DNA of 64,000 nt, from the NCBI GenBank assembly GCA_045598525.1, contig JAZLMH010000028.1, positions 14,725 to 78,724 on the forward strand, written 5' to 3'. The position numbers and the translations under genes are program-made. Of the stretch, positions 48,104 through 58,608 are shown one piece after another; the first letter of the stretch is position 1, and each line of letters begins with the position of its first letter. The notes under the pieces are model-generated. The model searched no databases, was not told the origin of the DNA, and worked only from the letters and a program-made list of their open reading frames with translations. The DNA is from Bacilli bacterium. GTDB lineage: Bacteria; Bacillota_I; Bacilli_A; RFN20; CAG-826.

Positions 48104-48670
48104 ATGTATTACGTAATCCACACAATGACAGGCGAAGAGGACAAACTTCTTGATAGGATCGGATCCCATATCAGCAAGATGACTTTTGAAGATATCTTCG
48201 TGCCAGTAAGAAAAAGAGAGAAGAAAGTAGAAGGGAAGTGGGCCCTTATCGAAGAACGTTGGTTCCCTGGATACATATTCGTTGAAACAAACACCCCAAT
48301 AGAATTTGTCGCAGAATTAAACAAACTCGAAGGATATAAACGCCTCGTTGGATATAGAAACGGAAGACTTGAGAAAATCACATACATCTCTCTTTCACCA
48401 TGGGAAGAGATGTATCTCAACAAACTTTTAAGAAGAGACGCAGTAAACAAATCAAAAACAGTCGATCTTTCAAAAGTCGTAATAGAACCAGGAAAACAAA
48501 TCAAAGTCATTGATGGTCCTCTTTTTGGAATGGACGCCACAATGGTAGATTTCGATCTTCATAAACGTGTAGCAACAATTTCATTCAAGATGTTTGGACA
48601 AGACATCGAAGCAAAAGTCGGGATCGATATCATCATTGAGAAAGATGACATCAATTACGAAATCAAATAA
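48104..48670 (+). CDS. loaP: NusG-paralogue antiterminator, LoaP-like
   Basis: 'YVIHTMTGEE', 'WFPGYIFVE', KOW 'IKVIDGPL.G', 'DLHKRVA'; heads a polysaccharide cluster. Confidence 0.8.
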   Translation: MYYVIHTMTGEEDKLLDRIGSHISKMTFEDIFVPVRKREKKVEGKWALIEERWFPGYIFVETNTPIEFVAELNKLEGYKRLVGYRNGRLEKITYISLSPWEEMYLNKLLRRDAVNKSKTVDLSKVVIEPGKQIKVIDGPLFGMDATMVDFDLHKRVATISFKMFGQDIEAKVGIDIIIEKDDINYEIK

Positions 48671-48759
48671 TTAGCAAACCAAAACACATATAAAACAAGA
48701 ATAGCCTAAGGCACATTTTTTCATATACCAAAAAACACAAAGGACAAGAGGTAATCAAA

Positions 48760-50661
48760 ATGGAAGAAAGCAGCAAAGTCAAAGTTAGTTTTAGACAGCT
48801 CAAGATGTTTATCTTCGCAATCGTAGATATCGTCATCATTCTTGCGTCTTACATCGCAGGTTATATCATCCAAACAAACGCAATTGACTTAGCGGGTGCG
48901 TTATTCGCAACTGCCGTCACAGTATTGCACTTGGTCGTTTTCACAATCTTTGGTGGATACCGTATCATCACCGATGAATTTAGTTTAACTGACGCGATAA
49001 GATTCAGTGTCCTTGTACTCTTGCAAAACATTGTCGCGGTCCTTTGCAATAGATTCATCCCAGTAGTCACAGACCTTCACCCATTAATCTTCATTTTCAT
49101 CGCAGCCTTCCAGTTAATCTTCATGGTTGCGTCCCGCACTCTTCAAAGAGCGGTCAGGTTCTATACAACAAACACAAAGGACACTGTTCCAACAATCGTC
49201 GTTGGTTCTGGTTCATGTGCTGCTCTTGCATATAACGAAGCCCATAAGAATGAAGAATTCCATAACAACGTCGTTTGCTTTATGGATGATGACCCAAGCA
49301 AGATCGGCAAAAGATTCTTAGGCAAACCAGTCTATGGTCCAATTGAAAACATTCACAAATACATTGAGAAATACAAAGCCCAAGAAGTCATCATCGCTAT
49401 TTCAAAAATCGACAAAGTCGGTTTAAAGCGAATTATTAAGATTTTGAAGAACGAAGAAGTAAAGGTTACTCGAATGCCTATTATTTCTGAACAACAAGAT
49501 CCAACCAAGCCAGAGAAGATGAAAATCAAAGAAGTCTCTCTGGCTGAACTTTTAGGTAGAGACCAAATCACATTCGACACCGCTCAGATTGCAGACTGGT
49601 TAAAAGGCAAACGCGTTCTCTTAACAGGCGCAGGTGGAAGTATTGGCTCCGAACTTGCTAGACAACTCTATTCATTCGGTGTCAAACAACTTGTCATGTT
49701 TGATATCTACGAGAACGCTTTATACAACATCCAAATGGAATTAACCCGCAAAATCAAAGCGGATGAATCTCCAATCGAACTCATCACCCTTATTGGATCA
49801 ACCTACAACGAATTCCGCGTTGAAGAGCTCTTCTCTAAATATCATCCAGAAGTTGTCTTCCACGCTGCAGCATATAAACATGTCCCTCTTATGGAAGACT
49901 CGCCAGTAGAAGCGATCAGAACAAACTGCCTTGGTACATGGAATGTCGCTAAGATGGCAGACAAATACGGTGTTGAAAAGATGGTCTTAGTCTCAACTGA
50001 CAAAGCCGTTAGACCGACAAACACCATGGGCGCCACCAAAGCGTTCGCTGAAATGATCATCCGATACTGGAACAATAGAAGTGAAAATACAAAATACTCT
50101 GCAGTCCGCTTCGGTAACGTTCTTGGTTCAAATGGCTCAGTCATCCCGTTATTCAGACAACAAATTAAAGAAGGTGGGCCAGTTACAGTCACTCACCCTG
50201 AAATCATTCGTTTCTTTATGACCATCCCTGAAGCAGTATCCCTCATTCTCCAATCAGGTGCGTTTGCGGATGGTGGAGAAATCTTCATCCTTGATATGGG
50301 TCAACCAGTTAAGATCCTCACCCTTGCAGAAAATGTCATCAGACAATGTGGGTTTAAACCATACAAAGATATCGAAATCACCTTCACAGGTCTTAGACCA
50401 GGCGAAAAACTCTTTGAAGAATTGTTGCTTGATGTCACAAAGAACAAAAAGACAAGCAACTCAAAGATCTACATCGAAGAACCAAAGAAAATCCTTCCTA
50501 TGGATGAGAAGATTGAATACATCTCTAAAGTCTTTAACATGACAAACAACCATGAAATTAAAGAATGTTTAAGAGAAGTAGTCACAAGTTACACAAACTA
50601 TATTGACTTCAATCAGAAAGCTCAGCGTGAGAAGGAAATGAAAGAAGAAGATAAAATCTGA
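48760..50661 (+). CDS. CapD/PglF-type nucleoside-diphosphate sugar epimerase/dehydratase
   Basis: 4 TM; 'TGAGGSIGSEL', 'HAAAYKHVPLME', 'STDKAV', 'RFGNVLGS.GSV', 'GLRPGEKL'. Confidence 0.93.
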   Translation: MEESSKVKVSFRQLKMFIFAIVDIVIILASYIAGYIIQTNAIDLAGALFATAVTVLHLVVFTIFGGYRIITDEFSLTDAIRFSVLVLLQNIVAVLCNRFIPVVTDLHPLIFIFIAAFQLIFMVASRTLQRAVRFYTTNTKDTVPTIVVGSGSCAALAYNEAHKNEEFHNNVVCFMDDDPSKIGKRFLGKPVYGPIENIHKYIEKYKAQEVIIAISKIDKVGLKRIIKILKNEEVKVTRMPIISEQQDPTKPEKMKIKEVSLAELLGRDQITFDTAQIADWLKGKRVLLTGAGGSIGSELARQLYSFGVKQLVMFDIYENALYNIQMELTRKIKADESPIELITLIGSTYNEFRVEELFSKYHPEVVFHAAAYKHVPLMEDSPVEAIRTNCLGTWNVAKMADKYGVEKMVLVSTDKAVRPTNTMGATKAFAEMIIRYWNNRSENTKYSAVRFGNVLGSNGSVIPLFRQQIKEGGPVTVTHPEIIRFFMTIPEAVSLILQSGAFADGGEIFILDMGQPVKILTLAENVIRQCGFKPYKDIEITFTGLRPGEKLFEELLLDVTKNKKTSNSKIYIEEPKKILPMDEKIEYISKVFNMTNNHEIKECLREVVTSYTNYIDFNQKAQREKEMKEEDKI

Positions 50662-50805
50662 CGTTCATTTGAATAAACCACCCCATATAAAAGGCAGGCG
50701 TGTATTGAAATCTTGAAAAGCGGTTAGATTTTCCCGAGCGGGAGATACACAAAATAAAAAATAAAAAACGGACAGAGGTCCGAGAGAAATAAAGAGGTAA
50801 AAGAG

Positions 50806-51477
50806 ATGAATTTCTTAGTGGTGGTAGCACATCCTGACGATGAAGTTTTAGGGGCAGGTGCGACAATTCATAAATTGATAGCTGAAGGGCATAATGTGGC
50901 TGTTGCTACAATGGCTAATCACGCCGCTGCTAGAGCAAATATTTCTGACACTCTTGTTGATGACCAGTCTAAAGCAATGGAGATAATGGGTGTCAAAAAG
51001 GTTTACAGTGCTGATTTTCCAAACATCAAAATGAACACTGTGCCTCATCTTGATTTGGTTCAATTTGTTGAAAAATGCATCATGGATTTTGGTGCCGATG
51101 CAATTATCACCCACCATCCATCCGATACGAATAATGACCATGTTCAAACTTCATATGCAGTTCAAGCTGCTTGTAGATTATTCCAGAGAAGAGAAGACGT
51201 TCCAATTTTGAAAGAGTTATTGTATATGGAAGTTCCGTCATCAACGGAGTGGTCGTTCGATTCTTCTGCCAATAGATTCACCCCTAATTATTTTGTCGAA
51301 ATCGGTAAAGATGGTGTTGGAATAAAGTTAGAAGCCTTAAAAGCTTATAAGGGTGTCATGAGGCCTTATCCACATCCAAGAAGCGATGAAGCTATTAAAG
51401 CTTTAGCTGCATATAGGGGAGCTCAAGCCGGATGTAACTATGCAGAAGCCTTTGAATGCGTATTTAGGAGAGTGTGA
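50806..51477 (+). CDS. PIG-L/LmbE-family deacetylase
   Basis: 'AHPDDEVLGAG', 'D.NNDH', 'PHPRS', 'AEAF'. Confidence 0.9.
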   Translation: MNFLVVVAHPDDEVLGAGATIHKLIAEGHNVAVATMANHAAARANISDTLVDDQSKAMEIMGVKKVYSADFPNIKMNTVPHLDLVQFVEKCIMDFGADAIITHHPSDTNNDHVQTSYAVQAACRLFQRREDVPILKELLYMEVPSSTEWSFDSSANRFTPNYFVEIGKDGVGIKLEALKAYKGVMRPYPHPRSDEAIKALAAYRGAQAGCNYAEAFECVFRRV

Positions 51478-51479
51478 TA

Positions 51480-52148
51480 ATGTATAAGTTCTTTAAAAGA
51501 CTTATTGATATAGTTTTATCATTTTTCGGTATTTTAATTTCCTCTCCAATTTGGGTTATTGTGATAATTGGAATTCTTATTTCTGATTTCGGTCCTATCT
51601 TCTATATCGCTAAAAGAATCGGTAAAGACGATAAGGAATTTAAGATGTATAAATTTAGATCTATGAGAGTCCTAAAAGAACCTAAAAAAGGATCTGAAGC
51701 ATCTCTTAGACCTGAAACAGACAGAATCTTCCCTTGGGGTAAAGTAATAAGAAAATTAAAACTTGATGAGCTTCCTCAATTGATCAACATCTTTAATGGA
51801 ACAATGTCTATCGTTGGCCCTAGGCCTGTAGCAAAAGATCAATTCGAGATTTTTAGATCCGGAAAATATGATGAGGCTAAAGTTGTGAGACCTGGTTTGA
51901 CTGGTCCAGCTGCATTATATGACTACATATATGGCGACCAATTTGAAGAAGCAAACGTTGAAGAATATGAAGAAAAGGTTTTGCCAACAAGAAGAGAATT
52001 AGAACTTATTTATGTAAAGAAAATCGGATTCTTTTTCGACGTGTGGATGTTCTTTCAAACTGCAGGATGTGTTGTTTGCGGTTTATTTGGAATAGAAAAT
52101 AAAAAGTTTTTAGATAAATTAATCAGGATGGCTGAGGAGAATAAGTAA
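51480..52148 (+). CDS. Initiating phosphoglycosyl (sugar) transferase
   Basis: 'KRLIDI', 'YKFRSM', 'LDELPQLIN', 'MSIVGPRP', 'RPGLTG'. Confidence 0.92.
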   Translation: MYKFFKRLIDIVLSFFGILISSPIWVIVIIGILISDFGPIFYIAKRIGKDDKEFKMYKFRSMRVLKEPKKGSEASLRPETDRIFPWGKVIRKLKLDELPQLINIFNGTMSIVGPRPVAKDQFEIFRSGKYDEAKVVRPGLTGPAALYDYIYGDQFEEANVEEYEEKVLPTRRELELIYVKKIGFFFDVWMFFQTAGCVVCGLFGIENKKFLDKLIRMAEENK

Positions 52149-52975
52149 TGAAAGTTTTAGTTACTGGCGCAGCCGGGATGATTGGAAGCGCTCTTGTTAA
52201 TGAATTAAACAAGAATGGCATTGAAACAATTAATCTTGACGTAAGAAATACCGATGGAATAACTGTTTGTGATCTAGGCGATAAAACAGCCTTGGAAACT
52301 CTTATAATAAATGAAAAACCGGATAGAGTTATCCATTTGGCGGCTTTGGCTCATGCGGTTAGCGGTAAGAATTATACAAAAGAAATGTATGAACACTTGA
52401 ATGTTGAATGCGCAAAGAATGTATTTGAAGCAGCTGCTCAGAACAGCGTACCTGTTTTATTTATATCCACTGTTGATGTATTTGGTTTTGCAAAGAAAAT
52501 TGTTAATGTAGAAACCGAGTGCCATCCAGTAACCATTTATGGCAAAACCAAATATAGAGCCGAACAATTATTAAAACAAAGTGGTGCAGCTTATTCAATT
52601 TATAGATTTTCACCTGTTTATACGAAAAACATAAAGAGGGATATTCAGAAAAGAGTTTATCTTAAATACCCTAATTGGGCTTATCAAATTGGAAAAAACA
52701 CTCAGTACGAGGTCTTAAACATAGAAAAAGCTATTAAAGAAATGACTGAGTGGTGCATCGAGCTTCCTCATAATGAAATTAAGATTATTAAAGATGATAT
52801 ACTTTTAAATACAAAAGATTACATTGAAGATGAAAAAACGAAAGGCAATGCAAAACACGTTATTAGTCTGCCTAGATGGTTGGTTGTTCTCGGCTATTTA
52901 TTATTAAGGATTACAGGAAAAAATAAATACACGTTTTTATTAAATAAAGCCGTTAATCCATTAAGGAGCGAGTGA
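52148..52975 (+). CDS. NAD-dependent epimerase/dehydratase
   Basis: GAAGMIG, 'HLAA', YGKTK. Confidence 0.88.
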   Translation: MKVLVTGAAGMIGSALVNELNKNGIETINLDVRNTDGITVCDLGDKTALETLIINEKPDRVIHLAALAHAVSGKNYTKEMYEHLNVECAKNVFEAAAQNSVPVLFISTVDVFGFAKKIVNVETECHPVTIYGKTKYRAEQLLKQSGAAYSIYRFSPVYTKNIKRDIQKRVYLKYPNWAYQIGKNTQYEVLNIEKAIKEMTEWCIELPHNEIKIIKDDILLNTKDYIEDEKTKGNAKHVISLPRWLVVLGYLLLRITGKNKYTFLLNKAVNPLRSE

Positions 52976-52976
52976 T

Positions 52977-54137
52977 ATGGATTTTAAAGGGATACGAGTA
53001 TTGGTTCTAGAAGGATATGCAAGACAAAGCCTTCCCATGATAAAAGCGTTTAATAAGCTTGGATGTGAGGTAACTGCTTTATGTGGATCGAAATTAGATG
53101 TGGCATATGTTTCTAGATATACTCACCATAAAGTTTTAGGAATTTGTGATAGAGAAAGAGTAGAGGAAACGACCCAGCAGGTTCGAGAATTATTACAAAC
53201 TGGGAATTACGATATAGTTGTTCCTTTGGTAGATTTCTCCGCTGCTCTTTTGTCCAACAATAAAGAAGAGTTTTCAAAATACGCAAAAGTAGCTTCCAAT
53301 GATATTGCTGTTTATGAGATTGCAGGCGATAAGCAGAAAACTATGGAAGTTTGTATGAGAGATAATATTCCTTGTCCTATTACAATTACTGATGCTAATT
53401 GTCTAGAGGATGTTATTAACTCAAACATAAAATATCCTATTGTTATGAAACCCAGAGTTGGTTATGGCGCAATAGGTTTTAAGAAAATAGATAGCGCAGA
53501 AGAACTGAAAGAAGTATTCGATAACACAAAAGAACCTGTAGAATACTATGTTTTCCAGGAATATATTCCACAAACGGATTTACAGTACGAATGTGCTATG
53601 TTCATAGATGGGAATAACGAAGTAAAAACATCTCTTGTTTTTAGTAAAAATAGGTGGTTCCCTGTCAATGGTGGTTCAAGTACATTAAACATAACGGTTG
53701 ATCGCCCCGATATTGTGGAAAGCTGTACCCGTCTGTTAAAAGAAATCAATTGGAGAGGACCTGCCGATATTGATTTAATTCAGGATCCTCGAGATAATAC
53801 GGCTAAAATAATGGAGATTAACCCAAGAGTATCTGGAAGTGTAAAAATAACCTTTGTTGCAGGAACTGATCAAGCACGCCAAGTCCTTGAACTTGCATTT
53901 GGAGATGATGTAACAAAGTACGAAACATACGAAGTAGGAAGAAGACTACGTTGTTCTCAAACTGACTTATTGTGGTTTGTTAAGTCACCGAATAGATTTA
54001 AAGCAAAGCCTTCTTGGTTCAGTAATTATAAAACAAGTGATCAGATTTTCTCTTGGAGCGATCCCATTCCTTGGCTTGCTTTTTCAATTCAAAAAATATT
54101 TAGCTTAAAAAAGGAAATGAAGAAACGTGGTAAATAA
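52977..54137 (+). CDS. ATP-grasp domain protein
   Basis: 'YPIVMKPRVGYGAIG', 'QEYIP', 'MEINPR'. Confidence 0.85.
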   Translation: MDFKGIRVLVLEGYARQSLPMIKAFNKLGCEVTALCGSKLDVAYVSRYTHHKVLGICDRERVEETTQQVRELLQTGNYDIVVPLVDFSAALLSNNKEEFSKYAKVASNDIAVYEIAGDKQKTMEVCMRDNIPCPITITDANCLEDVINSNIKYPIVMKPRVGYGAIGFKKIDSAEELKEVFDNTKEPVEYYVFQEYIPQTDLQYECAMFIDGNNEVKTSLVFSKNRWFPVNGGSSTLNITVDRPDIVESCTRLLKEINWRGPADIDLIQDPRDNTAKIMEINPRVSGSVKITFVAGTDQARQVLELAFGDDVTKYETYEVGRRLRCSQTDLLWFVKSPNRFKAKPSWFSNYKTSDQIFSWSDPIPWLAFSIQKIFSLKKEMKKRGK

Positions 54138-54139
54138 TT

Positions 54140-54664
54140 ATGAGGCCTAGTTATGTTAAAAAGATACCACACGAAATTAAGGTGTATGACTACACATACG
54201 AGTTGTTTTTGCCATCAATTCTCAAACCGTATAGGGAATGGTTCCAACCGATGTATTTTTCTCGATTAATACGACTTATGATACAGGCAGTTAGAGGTTC
54301 TATCATTTTCTACATGAAAGATAATACTGGGAATATTTGTGGTTTACTATCACTCGAACGAGGAGGGGGGAGATACCCTTGGTCGACAAAGAATGATTGG
54401 GTAATATCTCCTTATGCAGTGAAATCAGAACAAAGAGGAAAGGGAATAGGCACTCAAATTTTGCTTGATTTGAAAACTGTTTTATCTAAGTATCTACAGG
54501 GTAAAATATATGCCGAAGTGCTGCAAACAAATATTCCATCACAAAGAGCAATGGAAAAAGCCGATTTTTCTTTTCTTTGCTATGCAAAAAATAGTGGAGG
54601 CTTAAAACGAAAATACATTATAACGGACAACGCATCGGATTATTGTGTTTATGAAATGGAATAG
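54140..54664 (+). CDS. GNAT-family N-acetyltransferase
   Basis: 'QRGKGIG', 'NIPSQRAMEKADF'. Confidence 0.8.
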   Translation: MRPSYVKKIPHEIKVYDYTYELFLPSILKPYREWFQPMYFSRLIRLMIQAVRGSIIFYMKDNTGNICGLLSLERGGGRYPWSTKNDWVISPYAVKSEQRGKGIGTQILLDLKTVLSKYLQGKIYAEVLQTNIPSQRAMEKADFSFLCYAKNSGGLKRKYIITDNASDYCVYEME

Positions 54665-54682
54665 AAATAAAAAAGGCAAATT

Positions 54683-55978
54683 ATGCATTATGAAAAAATA
54701 GATGATTGTTATAGTAAGTTAACAGAGAAAAGAGGGAAAAACATAACTATGTCGTTTTTCTTGTTTTATTTATTCTCTGCTTTGATTATTTTGTCATACG
54801 TTTTTTTAAATAACGATATAACATCAATATTGATTTTAAGTGTATCAATTTTAATGTTGATTCTTTATAAGCGAAAAGGGATTTACTATTGGGTTGGTAT
54901 TAGCTACATCCTTTATGTGCTAAATACGCTTTTATTTGCTATTTCTGTTATAGCGGTCTTCCTTTTTCTATTAAACGAAAGAAAGTCATATTCTCGGAAA
55001 GATATTTTGTTTCTTTTGCCGTTAGTTTACGCTTTTATACTCATAGCTATTTCTTATCGTTTTGGTTATGATAGCCAGTTCATTTCCGCTGCGTTAACGT
55101 TTGCTAATATCACCATTTTTTTGTTGCTAATAATGAATATCAAAGATGAAAATGATATTCATTATATGACAGACGCTTATTTTATATCTGCATTTATTTT
55201 TACAGGAGTTACTATATTATCTTTGCTAAAAAATGGTGGTGGGTTGTTTGATTCTAACCGACTACAGTTTGAGGATAATGTCCGAGATATGGCAAATGGT
55301 ATAGTTGTTGCAGTATTTATATGGATTATCTCCCTGATCAACAAAAAGAAGTATGGCAATATGAGCAGAAGAATGCAAAATATTATTGGGGCTTTATCTA
55401 CATTACTGCTTATTTTAACGTTGTCTAAAGGGGCTATTTTTGCCCTTGGGTTAGGGTTCTTTATATATGTGATAGCCGCTAAGAAGATTAATTTTTCTTT
55501 TATCTCTATAGTTGCGTTAATATTAGGGGTTATATTAGTTTTGCAAGTATCGGGATTGATGGATTTTAGTAGGTTTTTAGAGAGAAATAATGATTTGAAT
55601 GGTCGAACGGATATATGGTTATTCTACTATAATAAAGTTGTGTCACGGGGGCTGAAAGGATTTTTATTTGGGGTAGGGCCTGGGAATATTAATAGAATTG
55701 CTGTTGGTGAATATTTGGGGAAATATTATGCCCACTCAGTAATTTTGGATTTCTTCTTTGCATACGGAATTGTTGGGCTTGTTTCATTCTTGACCATGCT
55801 ATTGATGGTTCTCGTTTATGCGATAAAACAAAAAAACAATTTAGGAATTGGGCTGTTTTTTCTAATTTGTGCTTCTTATTTTGTTACAGGAGCATCAACG
55901 AATACTCAAATTTTTTTGGTTTTGTACTATATTATTTGTTTTTCAAAAGTATCTAAAAATAACATTTTAAGGAGTTGA
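54683..55978 (+). CDS. Wzy/O-antigen ligase-like polysaccharide polymerase
   Basis: About 12 TM; 'LTLSKGA', 'GRTDIW', 'FGVGPG', 'AHS'. Confidence 0.8.
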   Translation: MHYEKIDDCYSKLTEKRGKNITMSFFLFYLFSALIILSYVFLNNDITSILILSVSILMLILYKRKGIYYWVGISYILYVLNTLLFAISVIAVFLFLLNERKSYSRKDILFLLPLVYAFILIAISYRFGYDSQFISAALTFANITIFLLLIMNIKDENDIHYMTDAYFISAFIFTGVTILSLLKNGGGLFDSNRLQFEDNVRDMANGIVVAVFIWIISLINKKKYGNMSRRMQNIIGALSTLLLILTLSKGAIFALGLGFFIYVIAAKKINFSFISIVALILGVILVLQVSGLMDFSRFLERNNDLNGRTDIWLFYYNKVVSRGLKGFLFGVGPGNINRIAVGEYLGKYYAHSVILDFFFAYGIVGLVSFLTMLLMVLVYAIKQKNNLGIGLFFLICASYFVTGASTNTQIFLVLYYIICFSKVSKNNILRS

Positions 55979-55982
55979 TATC

Positions 55983-56837
55983 ATGACAGACACAACTGCA
56001 TTAATCATTACAAAAAATGAAGAAAAAAATATAGTTGATTGCATTAATTCTATTAAGAGTTTTGTTTCTAGGATATTAGTTGTAGACAGCGGAAGCACCG
56101 ATAAGACTCAAGACCTTTCAAAAGAATTGGGCGCAGAAGTGTATTTTCATGAGTTTGAAACTCATGCAAAACAACGTAATTGGGCAATAGAAAATTTAAA
56201 AATACAAACAAAATGGATCCTTAGAATCGATGCTGATGAGCGTCTTACACCCGAACTAATAAAAGAGTTGGAATCGTTAACGAAACTCCACGACGATGAT
56301 GACGTGAATGGTATTACCGTGGGAGCTTGGTTATATTTTATGGGAAAAAAATTAACCCATGGCGGTTCTAGAAAAAAGAAAATAATTTTGTTTAAAACAG
56401 GGAAGGGAGCTATCGAAGATCGTAAAATGGATGAACACACTGTTTTATTCGAAGGGAGATCAATTGAAGCAAAAAATAAATTTTTACACTATGATTTTAA
56501 AGATATTGACTCTTATGTAAAAAAGTTAAATTGGTATGCTGAACGAGAAATGCAAGACTATTTTGAAACATTATTTGGGGAGGAAACGTCCTTATCTAAT
56601 GGTGAAATTCAAAAGGTTCGAGGGAAAAAGTTTGGTTTTTATTATAAACTCCCTATATTTTTAAGGTGTAAGATATTCTTTTTTTACCAATTTGTTTTAA
56701 AAGGCAATTTTTTAAACGGGAAAGAAGGGAGGATGTATTCGTTCCTATATCATTATTACTACAGGATGCTAGTTGATGCAAAGATATACGAGCATCAAAA
56801 AAATAACACTGGTTTTAGTAAATTGGAATCGTTGTAA
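55983..56837 (+). CDS. Glycosyltransferase family 2
   Basis: 'ITKNEE', 'VDSGSTD', 'IDADE'. Confidence 0.92.
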   Translation: MTDTTALIITKNEEKNIVDCINSIKSFVSRILVVDSGSTDKTQDLSKELGAEVYFHEFETHAKQRNWAIENLKIQTKWILRIDADERLTPELIKELESLTKLHDDDDVNGITVGAWLYFMGKKLTHGGSRKKKIILFKTGKGAIEDRKMDEHTVLFEGRSIEAKNKFLHYDFKDIDSYVKKLNWYAEREMQDYFETLFGEETSLSNGEIQKVRGKKFGFYYKLPIFLRCKIFFFYQFVLKGNFLNGKEGRMYSFLYHYYYRMLVDAKIYEHQKNNTGFSKLESL

Positions 56838-56850
56838 GGATCTATTGTTT

Positions 56851-57975
56851 ATGGTTATTGTATTTCATCTTCCTAAGCTAACTCTTGGCGGGGTAGAAAT
56901 GAACGCTATTAAATTAGCCAAAGAATACCTAAAAATGGGTCATTCAGTAAAATTCTTAGTCCATAGCTTTAGTGGTGAATATTGTGTTGATATTCCAAAA
57001 GAAATCGAGATAGTAGATTTAGAGACTCGAAATATTTTTATAGCTGTTCCTAAATTAAAAAAATGGTTTAGAAATAATAAAATCGACATTTTAATATCGT
57101 CTAGAGATTTATATAATAGTGTTTTGCTTTGGATTAAACATAGATATAAATTCGATTTTTATTTAATAGCTTCATGTCACACTAATGCTGTAATAGAGCA
57201 TCAGCTTTTTAAAAATAAGATGCGCAGATTAAAAACTTATCTTTATATGAAGATGGCAAAGTGCACATATCGGTACGCAGATGAGATCGTTGCTGTTTCA
57301 AAAGGAGTGGCAGAATCTATAACGGAATATACCAAAATTCCAGCTTCGAAAATTTCAGTTATTTATAATCCGATTATTGATGATCAATTTGAATTGAAAA
57401 AGACAGAATCTCTAAATGGGGACGATTGCTTTAATGTGGAAGGACCTATTGTATTAGCAGCTGGGCGATTAACTGAGCAAAAAAACTTTGGTTTACTTAT
57501 TAATGCATTTTCGATAGTCGTTAAAAAAATACCTAATGCCAAATTGTTCATTTTTGGTCGAGGCGAAGAAAATGATGCTTTAAATAATTTGATTAAACAA
57601 GATGGACTAGAAAAAAACGTATTTATACATGATTTTGTTTCAAATTTACTTAAATATATGATTCGCTCAGATTTATTTGCGTTGAGCTCTAATTGGGAAG
57701 GATTCGGGAACGTTTTGGCAGAAGCAATGGGCTGTGGTGTTCCTTTAGTGTCCACAGATTGTCCAAGTGGACCAAGAGAAATTTTGGAAGATGGTAAATA
57801 TGGAATTTTGGTTGATACAAACAACCCAGATTCCCTAGCTAACGCTATCGTAGAACAATTGATAAATCCTTATCCTGCCAAGGATGTTTTAATGGAAAAA
57901 AGTAAAGATTTCAACGTTGAAACAATCGCAATTCAATACTTAAAAGGATTCAAAGATAAACATGAAGGTATTTGA
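56851..57975 (+). CDS. Glycosyltransferase family 4
   Basis: 'GGVE', 'GRLTEQKNF', 'EGFGNVLAEAM', 'DCPSGPREI'. Confidence 0.92.
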   Translation: MVIVFHLPKLTLGGVEMNAIKLAKEYLKMGHSVKFLVHSFSGEYCVDIPKEIEIVDLETRNIFIAVPKLKKWFRNNKIDILISSRDLYNSVLLWIKHRYKFDFYLIASCHTNAVIEHQLFKNKMRRLKTYLYMKMAKCTYRYADEIVAVSKGVAESITEYTKIPASKISVIYNPIIDDQFELKKTESLNGDDCFNVEGPIVLAAGRLTEQKNFGLLINAFSIVVKKIPNAKLFIFGRGEENDALNNLIKQDGLEKNVFIHDFVSNLLKYMIRSDLFALSSNWEGFGNVLAEAMGCGVPLVSTDCPSGPREILEDGKYGILVDTNNPDSLANAIVEQLINPYPAKDVLMEKSKDFNVETIAIQYLKGFKDKHEGI

Positions 57976-58606
57976 GCTTATTGGGTTGCCTGCTAGTGGG
58001 AAAACAACGATTTTAAAAGAGTATAGTAGCGAAAAAATATTAACTGTCTCTACGGATGATTATTATGCTTTGCAACACACATATAGTAAGATTAAATTAT
58101 GTTTTCGGATGTTGTTTTATAGTGTGGTAAATATAGGGATGTTTTTCCTGCTATTTAGATATTTCCCTGTGCATAAGTTAAAAAATACAGTTAGTTTGAT
58201 TTTTTATTGTTGCAATTTTGAAAATTATTTAAATAAGAATAAATCATCGGCCTATATGTTCGACCAAGGGGTTATTCAATATTTGTGGTCTATTTATTGG
58301 GATGAATCTTGTTTACACGATGAAGAAAAAAAATTAAAAGGATTTTCAAAGATTGCTCGGTATTTTAAGAAACGATATTCTATTTATCCCATCTTCGTGG
58401 AAACTGATTATAAAGTTGCAGCTCAAAGAGCCTATACTCGAAAAAGTGATTGCTATATTGATCATCTAGAATTAAAAAATATTTTAAATATATATAGTGT
58501 TTTGCAAGCCGAATCATTGGAAATTAAGGATTGCTTTGAAGATTATATTGAGTATTCAAACATGGATTCTCTTAAGGTTGATGTGAAGAAACTTATGGAG
58601 TTATAA
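57962..58606 (+). CDS. P-loop NTPase/kinase-like protein
   Basis: N-terminal Walker A 'GLPASGKTT', 'FDQG'. Confidence 0.65.
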   Translation: MKVFELIGLPASGKTTILKEYSSEKILTVSTDDYYALQHTYSKIKLCFRMLFYSVVNIGMFFLLFRYFPVHKLKNTVSLIFYCCNFENYLNKNKSSAYMFDQGVIQYLWSIYWDESCLHDEEKKLKGFSKIARYFKKRYSIYPIFVETDYKVAAQRAYTRKSDCYIDHLELKNILNIYSVLQAESLEIKDCFEDYIEYSNMDSLKVDVKKLMEL

Positions 58607-58608
58607 AA

